Source: an uncultured Actinomycetota bacterium
GTDB taxonomy: Bacteria > Actinomycetota > Actinomycetes > JACCUZ01
NCBI GenBank assembly: GCA_963697675.1
Contig: CAVOOW010000006.1
Location: forward strand, 1,203,518-1,267,517
Reading direction: 5' to 3'
Length of the DNA stretch: 64,000 nucleotides
Positions 19,092 through 32,497 of this stretch are shown here, in pieces (position 1 is the stretch's first letter; every line of letters starts with the position of its first letter). Position numbers and translations under genes: made by a program. The notes below the pieces were generated by a model. The model ran no database searches, was not told the DNA's origin, and saw only the letters and a list, made by a program, of their open reading frames with translations.

Positions 19092-20843
19092 TCAGGGGGT
19101 CTTGATGCCGGCCGCTCTCAGTGCGTGGCGCAGGTCGTGCACCCGAGCGTCCCGGTGGTAGGTCGCATCCAATGGCTTGAGGTGGTAGGTCCTCTCGATG
19201 GTGGCCAGGATCGATGTTGTGTCGTATGACGTGCTGTCGACCGCTGAGTGCTTCAGCGAGCGGGCGATGACCAGTGCCGGTATGCGCGTGCTGGGTCCGT
19301 ACACGTCATGCGGACCGGGCGTTGCCAGCTTGCCCTGTCCGGGGGGCCGCACGTGGTCCCATTGCCCGCCGAACTCGTCGTAGGTCACAACCACAAGTGT
19401 GTTGCGCGCTTGCGGGCCGTTCTCGATCGCCTTCAGCAGGTCGACGAGGTGGGCCTCGCCATTCTCGGTGCTGGCGTAGCCGGGGTGCTCGTTCTCTGCT
19501 CCGTAAGGCTTGACGAATGACACGGAAGGAAGCGCGCCGTTTTGGGCTGCCGCGAGGAAGGCTTGCTCATCTTGTAGGTGTGCCCTGCCGGGTTGGCCTT
19601 CGCCGAAGTTCGCGAAATAGTTGAGCGGCTGGTGGTGGAACTGGAACAGGTTGCCGGCGCAGTACGGGTAGGTGTCGCTGGCCTTGTGGTCAGGGTCGGT
19701 GCAGGTGCCGGGTGTGCTGCCATTGGTCCAGCCAGGGCCGGCGACGTTGCCGGCCGCGTTGTCCCAGCCGCCGGAGTACCAGTTCCACGAGACGCCCTTG
19801 GCGCTGAGCTCGTCACCGATGTTCGGATAGACGGCGTCGTCGATGGCTGGCAGTCGCTTGGCGTCCGCCGTGCCTGGGGAGTAGGGCTGGCTGAACGGCT
19901 GAACGGTGTTCACCGCGACGTCCCCGCAGGCGCGGCCACCCGTCGTACCGAAGACAACCGTCGGGTCGGGACAAGCCTGAGTCAGCGCGTTGTCGGCAGG
20001 TGTCGGGTTGGCATACAGCGGTGTCGCGGCAGGCATGCCGTTCGCGTCCAGGACCGAGTGTGCCTGCGCCGCGGCGGTCCAACCTGTCCATACCGGCGCG
20101 CGTGCGGCGACGAGGAACTGGTGGTTGAGGAACGACCCGCCGAAAGCTCCCTGGAAGAAGTGGTCGGCAACGACGTACTTGGGTGCGCCCGGGCCGTGCA
20201 GGTACTCATAGACCGGCAGGCCCTTGGTGTCGTAGTAGCCCTGCGTCAGGCCAGCAGCGTCGCTGCCAAGCGTGTAGCGGTCCATCCGCCCACCGTCGAG
20301 CTGGAACTGCTCGTTGTAGAAGCGGTGCACGATGTCTCGGGTGCAACCGCCGGGGAGTGCTCCGGGCGAGTCCTTGAGCACACCATTGGCCGCGAAGACG
20401 TTGGCTGGCGGGCAGGTCTTGTCCTCTGGCGCGATGTAGGCGTTGATGTTGAACGGTGAGTTCGTGAAGTGCGAATCCGCGGTGGTGCCGTCGGTCTTCG
20501 TCACCGTGCCGCAGTCGCCGGGCAGCGGGGGCGACGTGAGGTTGACGTCCAGCTGAAGAAGACAGCCGAAGGGCGCCCCGTTGGCGTCCACCTGCGTGCT
20601 GCGGGCAGCGTAGCCGTGGCTGCCGATGCCATTGACGGACTTGCCGTTGACCTTGCCCCAACCACCGAAGAGGTTGTCAAAGCTGTGGTTCTCCTCGTAG
20701 ATGACCACGAGATGCTTGAAATGCCCCATCGCCGATGGTCCGGGCTTGGCCCTCGGCACCGCGCTGGCTGGTCCGCTGGTCAGGCCGAGTGCCGTGCTGG
20801 CCGTAACTGCGGCGACCGCCGTCACCGCGAGAATGCGTCGCAT
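19092..20843 (-). CDS. secreted phosphoesterase family protein (phospholipase C / acid phosphatase-like)
   Basis: Signal peptide MRRILAVTAVAAVTASTALG; VIYEENHSFDNLFGGW motif; GGGAGGA SD before the ATG at 20843. Confidence 0.7.
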   Translation of the reverse strand: MRRILAVTAVAAVTASTALGLTSGPASAVPRAKPGPSAMGHFKHLVVIYEENHSFDNLFGGWGKVNGKSVNGIGSHGYAARSTQVDANGAPFGCLLQLDVNLTSPPLPGDCGTVTKTDGTTADSHFTNSPFNINAYIAPEDKTCPPANVFAANGVLKDSPGALPGGCTRDIVHRFYNEQFQLDGGRMDRYTLGSDAAGLTQGYYDTKGLPVYEYLHGPGAPKYVVADHFFQGAFGGSFLNHQFLVAARAPVWTGWTAAAQAHSVLDANGMPAATPLYANPTPADNALTQACPDPTVVFGTTGGRACGDVAVNTVQPFSQPYSPGTADAKRLPAIDDAVYPNIGDELSAKGVSWNWYSGGWDNAAGNVAGPGWTNGSTPGTCTDPDHKASDTYPYCAGNLFQFHHQPLNYFANFGEGQPGRAHLQDEQAFLAAAQNGALPSVSFVKPYGAENEHPGYASTENGEAHLVDLLKAIENGPQARNTLVVVTYDEFGGQWDHVRPPGQGKLATPGPHDVYGPSTRIPALVIARSLKHSAVDSTSYDTTSILATIERTYHLKPLDATYHRDARVHDLRHALRAAGIKTP

Positions 20844-21169
20844 GTCATTCCTCCCGTGATGTGAGTACCGGTGGGTCGTTCGCGACGCTAGCCATCGATT
20901 AGCCGAATGGGAACGCACAAAAACGACAACTCCGTGAACGGTGGGCGACACGTTCGCCGACCAGTCGGGACGCCGCGGGCGACCACATCGCCCGATCAGC
21001 GGCGACGTCGCCGCTCCCGCGCCCACGCCGAGATACCAAGATCAACACCCCCGTTCGGCGTCGTCTGCCGACCTATGCGGAGGGAGATGCGTGGATCATG
21101 TTCCGGCCGGGCCAACGCGAGTAGCGTTCGCGCGTCAGAGCTGTCAGCCGTGGGCGGAGGGCGGGCGGA

Positions 21170-22087
21170 GTGCGCATCGGGGCGGTGTTCCCGACCGGGG
21201 AGATCGGTGGTGATGCCGCCGCGATACGTGCCTGGGCACAAGGGGTGGAAGAGCTGGGGTACGACCACATCTTCGCCTTCGACCACTTGTTCGGCTTTCG
21301 CGACAACCCTGCCCAGACGGCGGTCAGGCCGCAGACCGCGGCAGGCGCTGGGACGCGCCGCTGCTGTTGTTCAGCTTCCGCGCGGGGATCACCGAACGAG
21401 CGGAGCTCGCCACCGGTGTTCTTGGCGCCCCGATACGTCAGACGGTTCTGGTGCGTCAGCAAGCGGCTGGAGCTCGACGTCCTCAGCGGTGGCCGGCTGC
21501 GGCTGGGGCTCGCGGTCGGCAGCAAACGACGCGAGAGCGATGCCTCGAACGAGAACTACGAAAACCGCGGGCGCAGGATCGAGGAGCAGATTGCCGTACT
21601 GCGCGCGTTGTGGACCGAGGAAGCGGTCACCTTCGCCGGCGAGTGGCAGCGCCTTGACGGGGCGGGCCTAACGCCGCGCCCGGTACAGCGCGCGATCCCC
21701 ATCTGGCTGGGCGGGATGTCAGACCGGGCGATCGAACGCGCCGCCCGCCTGGCCGACGGTTGGATGCCGCTGCCGATGGAGCCCGACGAGGAGGCAAGGG
21801 CAATTGTCGAGCGGTTCCGCCGACATGCCGACCGATGTGGGCGCGCCCCAGACAGTCTCGGTCTCGAGGCCTGTCGTCTCGTTCCGGAGGTGCCGACCGA
21901 GCGCTGGCGGCAGCTCAGGGACGGGCGGCAGCAGCTCGGGGCAACCCACTTGACCGTCCTGACCTACGGTGCCGGTCTGGGATCGGCAGACGAGCACGCT
22001 GTCGGCTCTCGAAAGCATCAAGTCCGTCCTGGACCACTGAACCGTTCTCGGCGATGGCGAAACGTGGTCAAGCAATTCGGAAATTGA
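21170..22087 (+). pseudogene. LLM-class (luciferase-like) F420/flavin-dependent oxidoreductase, two frameshifts
   Basis: Frame A carries the N-terminus and ELDVLSGGRLRLGLAVG...; the middle block FSFRAGITERAELATGVLGAPIRQTVLV sits in another frame (21367-21470). Confidence 0.55.
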
Positions 22088-22210
22088 TCCGCGCGGGACT
22101 GGCCAGCGCATCTCGTGACCATCGCGGCAAGGGTCTTCAACGGTGGCGCTCCAAGATCGCGATTCAGGGCTTTGACCTGCGGATATACGCGAAAATGCAG
22201 GTCATCCGAG

Positions 22211-22285
22211 GGTGGAGACGAGGGGACTCGAACCCCTAACCCCCGCCTTGCAAAGGCGGTGCGCTACCAATTGCGCCACGTCCCC
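22211..22285 (-). tRNA. tRNA-Ala (anticodon UGC), CC encoded, no full CCA
   Basis: Cloverleaf read manually: acceptor GGGGACG/CGUCUCC with the G3:U70 alanine identity pair; anticodon loop UUUGCAA. Confidence 0.85.
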
Positions 22286-22371
22286 CAGGCCGGCGGCACC
22301 CGGCCACCGGTGGGTAGATCCGCGACCACCGAGGTCGTCGCGTGCAAGTCCAAGGTTATGCCGTGCCCGAC

Positions 22372-22497
22372 CTAGCGGACCCGGTCGGTCGCCTCGGCCC
22401 ACAGGTCTTGCTCGGCGTTGCGGTCGGCCGCAACCTTGCGCAGGGCCAGAGCCCCGCCGATGGCGGCAACGGCCACCACGAGCAGCTTCTTGGACAT
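22372..22497 (-). CDS. DLW-39 family small membrane protein
   Basis: MSKKLLVVAVAAIGGALALRKVAADRNAEQDLWAEATDRVR (41 aa) between tRNA-Ile and tRNA-Ala, its usual actinobacterial position. Confidence 0.7.
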   Translation of the reverse strand: MSKKLLVVAVAAIGGALALRKVAADRNAEQDLWAEATDRVR

Positions 22498-22530
22498 TTG
22501 CTCCTCCTGCGGTCTGCGGGCGTGCGGGAG

Positions 22531-22604
22531 TGGGCCTAAGTGGACTTGAACCACTGACCTCTGCCTTATCAGGGCAGCGCTCTAACCGGCTGAGCTATAG
22601 GCCC
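22531..22604 (-). tRNA. tRNA-Ile (anticodon GAU)
   Basis: Acceptor GGGCCUA/UAGGCCC; anticodon loop CUGAUAA; canonical D and T arms. Confidence 0.85.
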
Positions 22605-22651
22605 GCGTGCCGCGAAAGACTACCCCACGGCGTGATCAGCAGGCGCGCCCG

Positions 22652-23145
22652 TTACACGTCCTCGGTGAGAGTGACGTGCAGGCCGCCGACCAGGCTCGCA
22701 GCCAGGTTGTAGAGGAACGCCGCCAGGGTGCCGAGCGCCGTCATCAAGATCACGTTGATGCCGACGAGCAGTGCGGTGAGGGAGAACACCTTGCTGAACG
22801 CGATGTAGTCCAGGATGTTGACGCCCTGCGCGTTGTCACTCGAGCGCGTGACGCTCTCGACGGTCTGGCCGACCGAGTCGAAGACCCCCATCGAGTCGAG
22901 CACCGACCACAGGATGCTGACGGCGACCAGGGTCACGATCGCCAGGCCGATGGCCAGCAGGAACGACAGCTTCATGACCGACCAGGGATCGACCCTGCCC
23001 AGGACGAGGCGGGCCTTGCGCGCCTTGGTCACCTTCGACGGCGCGGGCGCCGGCCGAGCCGCGGCGACCTCGGGGACGGGTGGCATCATCGCGGTCGGCT
23101 GGCTGCCGCCGCCCCACTCGCCGCGCTGCGGAGCGCTTGGCGTGC

Positions 23146-23149
<4 letters not shown>
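22652..23149 (-). CDS. DUF3566 membrane protein (Rv0007-like)
   Basis: Pro/Ala-rich N-terminus then two transmembrane segments. Sits between gyrA and the tRNAs. Confidence 0.65.
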
Positions 23150-25731
<2,582 letters not shown>

Positions 25732-25789
25732 AGGTGCTGTCTCCTTGCAGTGCGGGTACGGCGTCGCGCGCGGGCGTCGACTGCCTGGT

Positions 25790-27886
25790 CTAGATGTCGA
25801 GGAATCGGACGTCCTTGGCGTTGCGCTGGATGAACTTGCGCCGTGACTCGACGTCCTCGCCCATCAGCGTCGTGAACATCTCGTCGGCCTGGGCAGCGTC
25901 TTCGAGGGTGACCTGCAGCAGGATGCGACGCTCCGGATCCATCGTGGTCTCCCACAGCTCGTCGTTGTTCATCTCGCCGAGACCCTTGTAGCGCTGGACG
26001 CCGTCGTCCTTGGACATCTTGCGGCCCGCCTCGAGGCCGGCCGCCGTGAGCACGTCGCGCTCGCGGTCGGAGTAGGCGTATTCCGGCCTCGCCGGTCGCG
26101 ACCACTTCAGCTTGTAGAGCGGTGGCTGCGCGAGGAACACGAAGCCCTGCTCGACGACCGGGCGCATGTAGCGGAACAGCAATGTCAGCAACAGGGTGCG
26201 GATGTGCTGACCGTCGACGTCAGCGTCGGCCATCAGGACGACCTTGTGATAGCGCAGCCGGTTGATGTCGAACTCGTCGCCGTTGATGCCGGTGCCCAGC
26301 GCCGAGATGATGGCCTGCACTTCTTGGTTCTGCAGGACGCGGTCGATGCGCGCGCGCTCGACGTTGAGGATCTTCCCGCGGATCGGCAGGATCGCCTGCG
26401 TCTTCTGGTCGCGGCCCTGCTTGGCCGGGCCACCAGCCGAGTCACCCTCGACGATGAACAGCTCGCACTCTTCGGGGTTGGTCGACTGGCAGTCGGCGAG
26501 CTTGCCCGGCAGGCTGCCGCCGCCGAGCAGACCCTTGCGGCTGCGGGCCGCGTCGCGGGCCTTGCGTGCAGCAAGTCGTGCGAAGCCGGCGCTCTGCGCC
26601 TTGCGGGCAATCTCCTTGCCCTCGCTCGGGTTCTTCTCGAACCACTCGCCGAGGCGGTCGTTGACCACCTTCTGCACGAAGGACTTCGTGTCGGTGTTGC
26701 CGAGCTTGGTCTTGGTCTGGCCCTCGAACTGCGGGTCCGCGAGCTTGACGCTGACGATCGCGACCAGGCCCTCACGGACGTCGTCGCCGGTGAGGTTCGC
26801 GTCCTTCTCCTTGAGGATGCCCCAGTCGCGGGCGAACTTGTTGATCAATGTCGTGAGCGCCGCGCGGAAGCCCTCTTCGTGCGTCCCGCCCTCGTGGGTG
26901 TTGATCGTGTTGGCGAACGTGTGGACGGACTCGGTGAAGCCGCTGTTCCACTGCATGGCGACGTCGAGCGACATGCCGCCGTCGATGTAAGCGGACTCCG
27001 CCTCGAACGACACGACAGTGCGGTGCACGGCCTCTTTGCGCGCGCCGAGGTAGTTGACGTAGTCGACGAGGCCGCCGTCATAGCGGTAGACCACCTCGGT
27101 CTGCGTCGTCTCCTCGATCTCGTCGGCGTCGCTCTCCTCCGTCGAGGCGGCGCGCTCGTCCTTCAGAACGATAGTGAGGCCCTTGTTCAGGAAGGCCATC
27201 TCGCGCAGCCTCGTCGACAGGGTCTCGAAGCTGTAGTCGGTCGTCTCGAAGATGTCGCCGTCTGCCCAGAAGGTGATCTCGGTCCCGGTGTCGTCGACCG
27301 GACCGCCCTTCGCGAGCGGGGCATCTGGCACGCCGTGGCTGTAGGACTGCGTCCACAGGTGGCCCTCGGTCCGGATCGCGACGTCGAGCTTGGATGACAG
27401 CGCGTTCACGACGGAGACGCCGACGCCGTGCAAGCCACCGGAGACCTTGTAGCCGCCGCCGCCGAACTTGCCGCCGGCGTGCAGCACGGTCAGCACGACC
27501 TCGACCGCTGGGCGTCCCTCGCTCTCGACGATCCCGACGGGGATGCCACGGCCGTTGTCGCGCACCCGGACGCCGCCGTCGGCAAGGATCGTGATCTCGA
27601 TGCGGTCGCAGTGCCCGGCCAGAGCCTCGTCGACCGAGTTGTCGACGACCTCGGTGACAAGGTGGTGCAGGCCGCGCTCGCCGGTGGAGCCGATGTACAT
27701 GCCGGGGCGCTTGCGGACGGCCTCGAGGCCCTCGAGGACCTGGATCGCGCTGGCGTCGTAGGTCGGCGAGTCGTCGCCCATGCGCGAACCCATCAGCGCG
27801 TCCGGAGCAGGCAACTCGACGGGGGTGAGAGGCGGCGACTCCTGTGGATCGGTCTGCTGCTCAACTGGCTCGGCAGGCTGGGACAC
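25790..27886 (-). CDS. gyrB: DNA gyrase subunit B
   Basis: 698 aa; GHKL ATPase, Toprim (EGDSAGG) and [10 protein letters not shown] motifs. Confidence 0.95.
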   Translation of the reverse strand: MSQPAEPVEQQTDPQESPPLTPVELPAPDALMGSRMGDDSPTYDASAIQVLEGLEAVRKRPGMYIGSTGERGLHHLVTEVVDNSVDEALAGHCDRIEITILADGGVRVRDNGRGIPVGIVESEGRPAVEVVLTVLHAGGKFGGGGYKVSGGLHGVGVSVVNALSSKLDVAIRTEGHLWTQSYSHGVPDAPLAKGGPVDDTGTEITFWADGDIFETTDYSFETLSTRLREMAFLNKGLTIVLKDERAASTEESDADEIEETTQTEVVYRYDGGLVDYVNYLGARKEAVHRTVVSFEAESAYIDGGMSLDVAMQWNSGFTESVHTFANTINTHEGGTHEEGFRAALTTLINKFARDWGILKEKDANLTGDDVREGLVAIVSVKLADPQFEGQTKTKLGNTDTKSFVQKVVNDRLGEWFEKNPSEGKEIARKAQSAGFARLAARKARDAARSRKGLLGGGSLPGKLADCQSTNPEECELFIVEGDSAGGPAKQGRDQKTQAILPIRGKILNVERARIDRVLQNQEVQAIISALGTGINGDEFDINRLRYHKVVLMADADVDGQHIRTLLLTLLFRYMRPVVEQGFVFLAQPPLYKLKWSRPARPEYAYSDRERDVLTAAGLEAGRKMSKDDGVQRYKGLGEMNNDELWETTMDPERRILLQVTLEDAAQADEMFTTLMGEDVESRRKFIQRNAKDVRFLDI

Positions 27887-28138
27887 AGGTCACCTTTCCT
27901 CGTGGTGCGCAGCAGTCGAGACCCGCGTTCGGGGGTCTGGGGGCGGCTGTTCGCGCCAAGGTCGCATCGGGGTGCGAACTAGCCTCCATCCTACCTGTCC
28001 GGGAGCCCTGGAACGGCCATCAGGGCCCTCTGGGGACAACGGAGCCGTGCGAATACGGGTAGGGGTGACCCTCCCCACGCGGGAGCACCGCTCACGAGGC
28101 TCTCCGGCCGTCCGCCGCCCGACGCGGCAAGTCGGCGG

Positions 28139-28777
28139 TCACCCGTACGTGTCGCGAGGCCCACGGCCCTTGATCCGGAGCGCGCCACGCTTCCAGGACG
28201 GCGCGGAAGGGCCCAAAACGGTCACCTTGTGGACGGTGCCCTCGCCCAGCTCGGCTGCGAGCTGGCGAACCAGGGTCGGAGCGAGCATCCGCAGCTGGGT
28301 GGCCCAGGCGGTGGTGGCGGCGGCGACGACCAGCTCACCGTCCGCGAAGGACACCGGGGAGCTGTGCTCGGCGATCTGCGGTCCCACGATGGCCGGCCAA
28401 CGGCCCATCGCGCCCCCGACGGCAGCGTCGGTCTCCCACCCGCGGTCGGCGACGAGCCGGTCGAGGGAGGACTCGAGCAGCTGCGGGTCACGGTCGTCCG
28501 GGTGGGCGCCGCTGCGGGCGGAGGTGTCGGCGCGGCGGCGGCGACGGGGGTTCTCGGCGGCGCCGTCGGGACCACTCGCCGCGCTTCGGCCGGCGGCACC
28601 GCCGGCCCGCGTGTCCAAGCCCCGTCGCTTGGCTTCGGCCTTCGCCGCAGCGAGTGCGCCACGGGCGACCTCGATGCCGCTCCGCCCGCCGGTGCTCACG
28701 GCGGCGGACTTCCGCGGACCTGACCCGGCCTCCTTCGCGGCAGGGTCGTCTCCAGCACGGAGCTGCTCGTCGGTCAC
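28139..28777 (-). CDS. DUF721 (DciA-like) protein
   Basis: Conserved recF-gyrB intergenic gene of actinobacteria; C-terminus ...[13 protein letters not shown]...[22 protein letters not shown]. Confidence 0.7.
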   Translation of the reverse strand: MTDEQLRAGDDPAAKEAGSGPRKSAAVSTGGRSGIEVARGALAAAKAEAKRRGLDTRAGGAAGRSAASGPDGAAENPRRRRRADTSARSGAHPDDRDPQLLESSLDRLVADRGWETDAAVGGAMGRWPAIVGPQIAEHSSPVSFADGELVVAAATTAWATQLRMLAPTLVRQLAAELGEGTVHKVTVLGPSAPSWKRGALRIKGRGPRDTYG

Positions 28778-29910
28778 CGCACCCGCCGTACCTCTCCACC
28801 CATGACATCCACGCGAGCGCCCGCGAGCGCCTCAGGGACATCGTCGGGCACGGCCGCGGTGACGAGCACCTGCTCGGCCCCGGCCACCAGCCCGGCCAGG
28901 CGCTCGCGGCGCTGCGAGTCGAGCTCGGCGAACACGTCATCGAGGATCAGGACGGGTTCGCCGTCGTCATCGGTGTCGCTGCTCAGCAGGTCGTAGGCCG
29001 CCAGCCGCAGCGCCAGCGCGAACGACCACGACTCCCCGTGGCTGGCGTAGCCCTTGGCCGGCATCGGTCCCAGCTTGAGCAGCAGGTCGTCTCGGTGCGG
29101 GCCGACCAGCGAGACGCCGCGCTCGAGCTCGTTCTTTCGCAGCTCGGAGATCGCATTGAGCAGCGCCCCGGACAGCATGTCCCGGTCGGCGACCAGCGGC
29201 ACACCGTCACCCAGCGAGCACCGGTACTCCAGGGCCGCTGGACCGCCCGAGTCGGCGACCGCGTCATAGGCCTTGTCCACCAGCGGGCGCAGCGCGTCGA
29301 CCAGCTCGATCCGCGCGGCCAGCAGCTCGGCCCCCGTGGTCGCCAGGTTCGAGTCCCACACCTCGAGCGTGCGCAGGTCGCCCTTGCCGGCGCGGATGCT
29401 CGCTCCGGCCGACTTGAGCAACGCGTTGCGTTGCCGCAGCACCCGGTCGTAGTCGGCGCGGACGCCGGCCAGCCGCGGCGTACGTACGACAAGAAGGTCG
29501 TCGAGGAACCGGCGCCGCTCGCTCGGGTCGCCCTTGACCATCGCCAGGTCCTCGGGGGCGAACAGCACGGTGCGCAGGATGCCCAGCACATCTCGGGGCC
29601 GTGGCACGGGCGAGCGGTTGACCCGCGCCCGGTTGGCCTTGCCGGGGGAGATCTCGACCTCGACGAGCATGGCCCTCGTTCCCCGCGTCACGTTTCCGCG
29701 GACCACCGCCCGCTCCGCATTCAGGCGTACGAGCGGCGCGTCTGCGGCCACCCGGTGCGAGCTCAGCGTCGCGAGATAGCCGACGGCCTCGACGAGATTG
29801 GTCTTGCCCTGTCCGTTCGGCCCGACCAGCGCTGTGACGCCGGGATCGAGGGGCAGCTCGACCTCGGTGTAGGACCGGAAGTCGCGCAGCGACAGATGAG
29901 TCAGGCGCAT
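28774..29910 (-). CDS. recF: DNA replication/repair protein RecF
   Basis: Walker [14 protein letters not shown]; ABC signature. Confidence 0.9.
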   Translation of the reverse strand: MRLTHLSLRDFRSYTEVELPLDPGVTALVGPNGQGKTNLVEAVGYLATLSSHRVAADAPLVRLNAERAVVRGNVTRGTRAMLVEVEISPGKANRARVNRSPVPRPRDVLGILRTVLFAPEDLAMVKGDPSERRRFLDDLLVVRTPRLAGVRADYDRVLRQRNALLKSAGASIRAGKGDLRTLEVWDSNLATTGAELLAARIELVDALRPLVDKAYDAVADSGGPAALEYRCSLGDGVPLVADRDMLSGALLNAISELRKNELERGVSLVGPHRDDLLLKLGPMPAKGYASHGESWSFALALRLAAYDLLSSDTDDDGEPVLILDDVFAELDSQRRERLAGLVAGAEQVLVTAAVPDDVPEALAGARVDVMGGEVRRVR

Positions 29911-29953
29911 GTGGTCGGGCGGCCGCCGGTGCTCGGAGCGCTCCTTGGGGGGC

Positions 29954-30856
29954 TCATGCCGGGCTCTCGACCTCGCCCTTCGCGACCTTGGTCACCGCGT
30001 GCCCGCCGAACTGGTTGCGCAGCGCCGCGACGGCTTTCATCGCCGGCGAGTCGTCCTGCCGGGACGTGAACCGGGCGTAGAGAGCGGCGGTCATGACCGG
30101 CGCCGGCACGGCGTGGTTGATGGCCTCCTCGATCGTCCACCGCCCCTCGCCCGAGTCCTCGACGTAGCCACGGATGTCGGCCAGCTTGGGATCGGCCTCG
30201 AGGGCCAGGACGAGCAGGTCGAGCAGCCACGACCGGATGACGGTGCCCTGGGTCCAGGACTTGATGACCCCGGGCACGTCCTGCACGACGTCGGCGGCCT
30301 CGAGCAGCTCGAAGCCTTCCGCGTAGGCCTGCATGAGGCCGTACTCGATGCCGTTGTGCACCATCTTGGCGAAGTGGCCGGCACCGACTGGTCCGGCATG
30401 CACGAACCCCGAGTCGCCCTCGGGCTTGAGCGCATCGAAGATCGGTTGCACTGCCGCGACGTGCTCGGGCTCGCCACCCACCATGAGCGCGTAGCCGTTC
30501 TTGAGTCCCCACACTCCGCCGGACACACCTGCGTCCACGTAGCCGATGCCCATCGTGGCGAGGTGCGCGGAGTGGAGCTTGTCGTCGGTGAACCGTGAGT
30601 TGCCGCCGTCGACGACGATGTCGCCCGCGGCGAGCAACTCGCCGAGGTCGTGGACGGTGGCGCGGGTCGGCTCACCTGACGGGACCATCACCCACACGAC
30701 CCGCGGTGCCTCGAGCTGGGCCACCATGTCCTCGAGCGACGACGAATCGCTGACGTCAGGATTGCGGTCGTAGCCAACGACGGTGTGCCCGGCCTCGCGC
30801 AACCGCTCGCGCATGTTGCCGCCCATCTTGCCCAACCCGATGAGACCCAGCTTCAT
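29954..30856 (-). CDS. gnd: 6-phosphogluconate dehydrogenase (decarboxylating)-like, short form
   Basis: [18 protein letters not shown]-binding motif; 300 aa. Lies between dnaN and recF as in Streptomyces-type origins. Confidence 0.75.
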   Translation of the reverse strand: MKLGLIGLGKMGGNMRERLREAGHTVVGYDRNPDVSDSSSLEDMVAQLEAPRVVWVMVPSGEPTRATVHDLGELLAAGDIVVDGGNSRFTDDKLHSAHLATMGIGYVDAGVSGGVWGLKNGYALMVGGEPEHVAAVQPIFDALKPEGDSGFVHAGPVGAGHFAKMVHNGIEYGLMQAYAEGFELLEAADVVQDVPGVIKSWTQGTVIRSWLLDLLVLALEADPKLADIRGYVEDSGEGRWTIEEAINHAVPAPVMTAALYARFTSRQDDSPAMKAVAALRNQFGGHAVTKVAKGEVESPA

Positions 30857-30922
30857 AGGTGTCGCCTCCCTGGCTACGCGAAAATATCCCTTACTCCTAA
30901 AGGGTTTTTCCCCACATCTTCC

Positions 30923-32065
30923 TCAGCCTGAAAGTCGCACCGGCATGAGGAGGTATCGGTAGTCGTCGCCGGCAACGGCATCGGCGTCGGCCTTGCCGGC
31001 CAGCACCGCGGGTCTGGTCGGCACCGTGAACCGCAGCTCGGCATGCGCGGTCGCGAGCGCCCCGAGCCCGTCGAGCAGGTAACCCGGGTTGAAGGCGATC
31101 GAGATGTCGTCACCCTCGAGCCGGGCGTCGAGGGACTCGGATGCCTGAGCCTCGTCACCGGTGCCGGCCTCCAGGGTCAGCTCCCCAGCGGCAAAGCTCA
31201 GCCGGATCGGGGTGTTGCGTTCGGCCACCAGAGCGACACGGCGCACCGACTCGATGAGCGCGTCGGTCTCGACGGTGGCGACGCCCTGCGACTCGGCGGG
31301 AAGCAACGAGCGGTATTTGGGGAACTCGCCGTCGAGCAACCGTGACGTCGTGCGCCGCCCGGCGCCCTCGAAGCCCACCAGCCCCTCGCCCGCTCCACCG
31401 GTGGCGGAGGCCAGCGCGAGGGTCACCTTGTCGGCGCTGGCGAGCGACTTCGCGGTCTCGGACAGGGTGCGCGCAGGCACGAGAGCGACGACCGACAGGC
31501 CGGTCTGCTCGGGAGTCCAGGCAAGGTCACGAACCGCCAGGCGATAGCGGTCGGTGGCCGCCATGGTGATCTTCTCGCCCTCGATCTCCAGCCGGACACC
31601 CGTCAGCACGGGAAGCGTGTCGTCGCGACCGGCCGCGATCGACACCTGGGCGACCGCGGCCGCGAAGGCATCACCGCGCAGGGACCCCGACGCGCCCGGC
31701 ATCGCCGGCAGGGCCGGGTAGTCCTCGACAGGCAGCGTGAGCAGCGTGAACCGTGAGCTGCCGCAGGTCAGGACCACCTTGGACGCATCGGTGGCGACGT
31801 CGACGGGGCGGTCGGGCAGGCTGCGGGAGATGTCGGCGAGCAGCCGGCCGCTGACCAGCGCGACACCGGGTTCGCCGATGTCGGCAGCGATCTCGACCCT
31901 GGCCGAGACCTCGTAGTCGAAGCTGGACAGCACGAGGCCACCACCGCTCTCGCGGGCGTCGAGCATCAGACCGGCGAGCACGGGCACCGGGGGTCGGGCC
32001 GGCAGGCTGCGCGCGGCCCACGCCACGGCGTCTGCAAGAACGTCTCGCTCCACCCGGAACTTCAC
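30923..32065 (-). CDS. dnaN: DNA polymerase III beta sliding clamp
   Basis: 380 aa; position and MKFRVERDVLADAVAWAAR N-terminus. Confidence 0.9.
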   Translation of the reverse strand: MKFRVERDVLADAVAWAARSLPARPPVPVLAGLMLDARESGGGLVLSSFDYEVSARVEIAADIGEPGVALVSGRLLADISRSLPDRPVDVATDASKVVLTCGSSRFTLLTLPVEDYPALPAMPGASGSLRGDAFAAAVAQVSIAAGRDDTLPVLTGVRLEIEGEKITMAATDRYRLAVRDLAWTPEQTGLSVVALVPARTLSETAKSLASADKVTLALASATGGAGEGLVGFEGAGRRTTSRLLDGEFPKYRSLLPAESQGVATVETDALIESVRRVALVAERNTPIRLSFAAGELTLEAGTGDEAQASESLDARLEGDDISIAFNPGYLLDGLGALATAHAELRFTVPTRPAVLAGKADADAVAGDDYRYLLMPVRLSG

Positions 32066-32482
32066 CGGTCACCGCCTCCTGCGTTGTCGTGCGCGATCTC
32101 GTGCTGGTCAGTGCTGCGGTTGCTGGCCCTGCGGTCGGTCATCCCCAGGTCGGCTGGAGCTGACTTGGAAGATTGATCTAACTCCATAGATAGCTGTAGT
32201 GGTCTTACTAGGTGCGGTGCATGGTGGGGATATCCCACGTTCGCCCTGCTCAGACCGTAGTCCAGGGTGGGGACAGACTGGGGACGGCGGTGGGCACGGA
32301 CCCCGTGCTCCTGGGGACGACGCGGTCCGTCCACTGCGATCCACAGGGCCGCACACCGGTTGGGCCCCGATTTCCACAGGCTTGTCCCCAAGGTGTGAAC
32401 GCAGGTCCCGGCGTGGTCAGCCCGCACGGGCTGATTTCCCCGCCCGTGATCAGCCCGGACGGGCTGATTTCTCCGCCCGTGA
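32066..32482. promoter_or_regulatory. candidate oriC (dnaA-dnaN intergenic) with degenerate DnaA boxes and an AT-rich unwinding stretch
   Basis: TTGTCCCCA (32382-32390), TTTCCACAG (32371-32379), GATCCACAG (32338-32346), GGGATATCCC. An unusually AT-rich segment at ~32160-32225 in a 70% GC background. Confidence 0.55.
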
Positions 32483-32497
32483 TCAGCCCGCACGGGC
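32415..32497. repeat. 33-bp tandem repeat x2.5, each unit holding a CAGCCCG-N3-CGGGCTG hairpin; overlaps the dnaA stop
   Basis: Units 32415-32447, 32448-32480 and 32481-32497 (partial) read directly from sequence. Confidence 0.8.

Noticed and set aside
22159-22221. Interpreting the repeat at the tRNA-Ala 3' end as a classical integrase attL/attR pair of a 3.1-kb island
   Set aside because: Only 11 nt of the tRNA are duplicated, identity is ~85%, and no integrase lies between the repeats; kept only as a degenerate or ancient signature.
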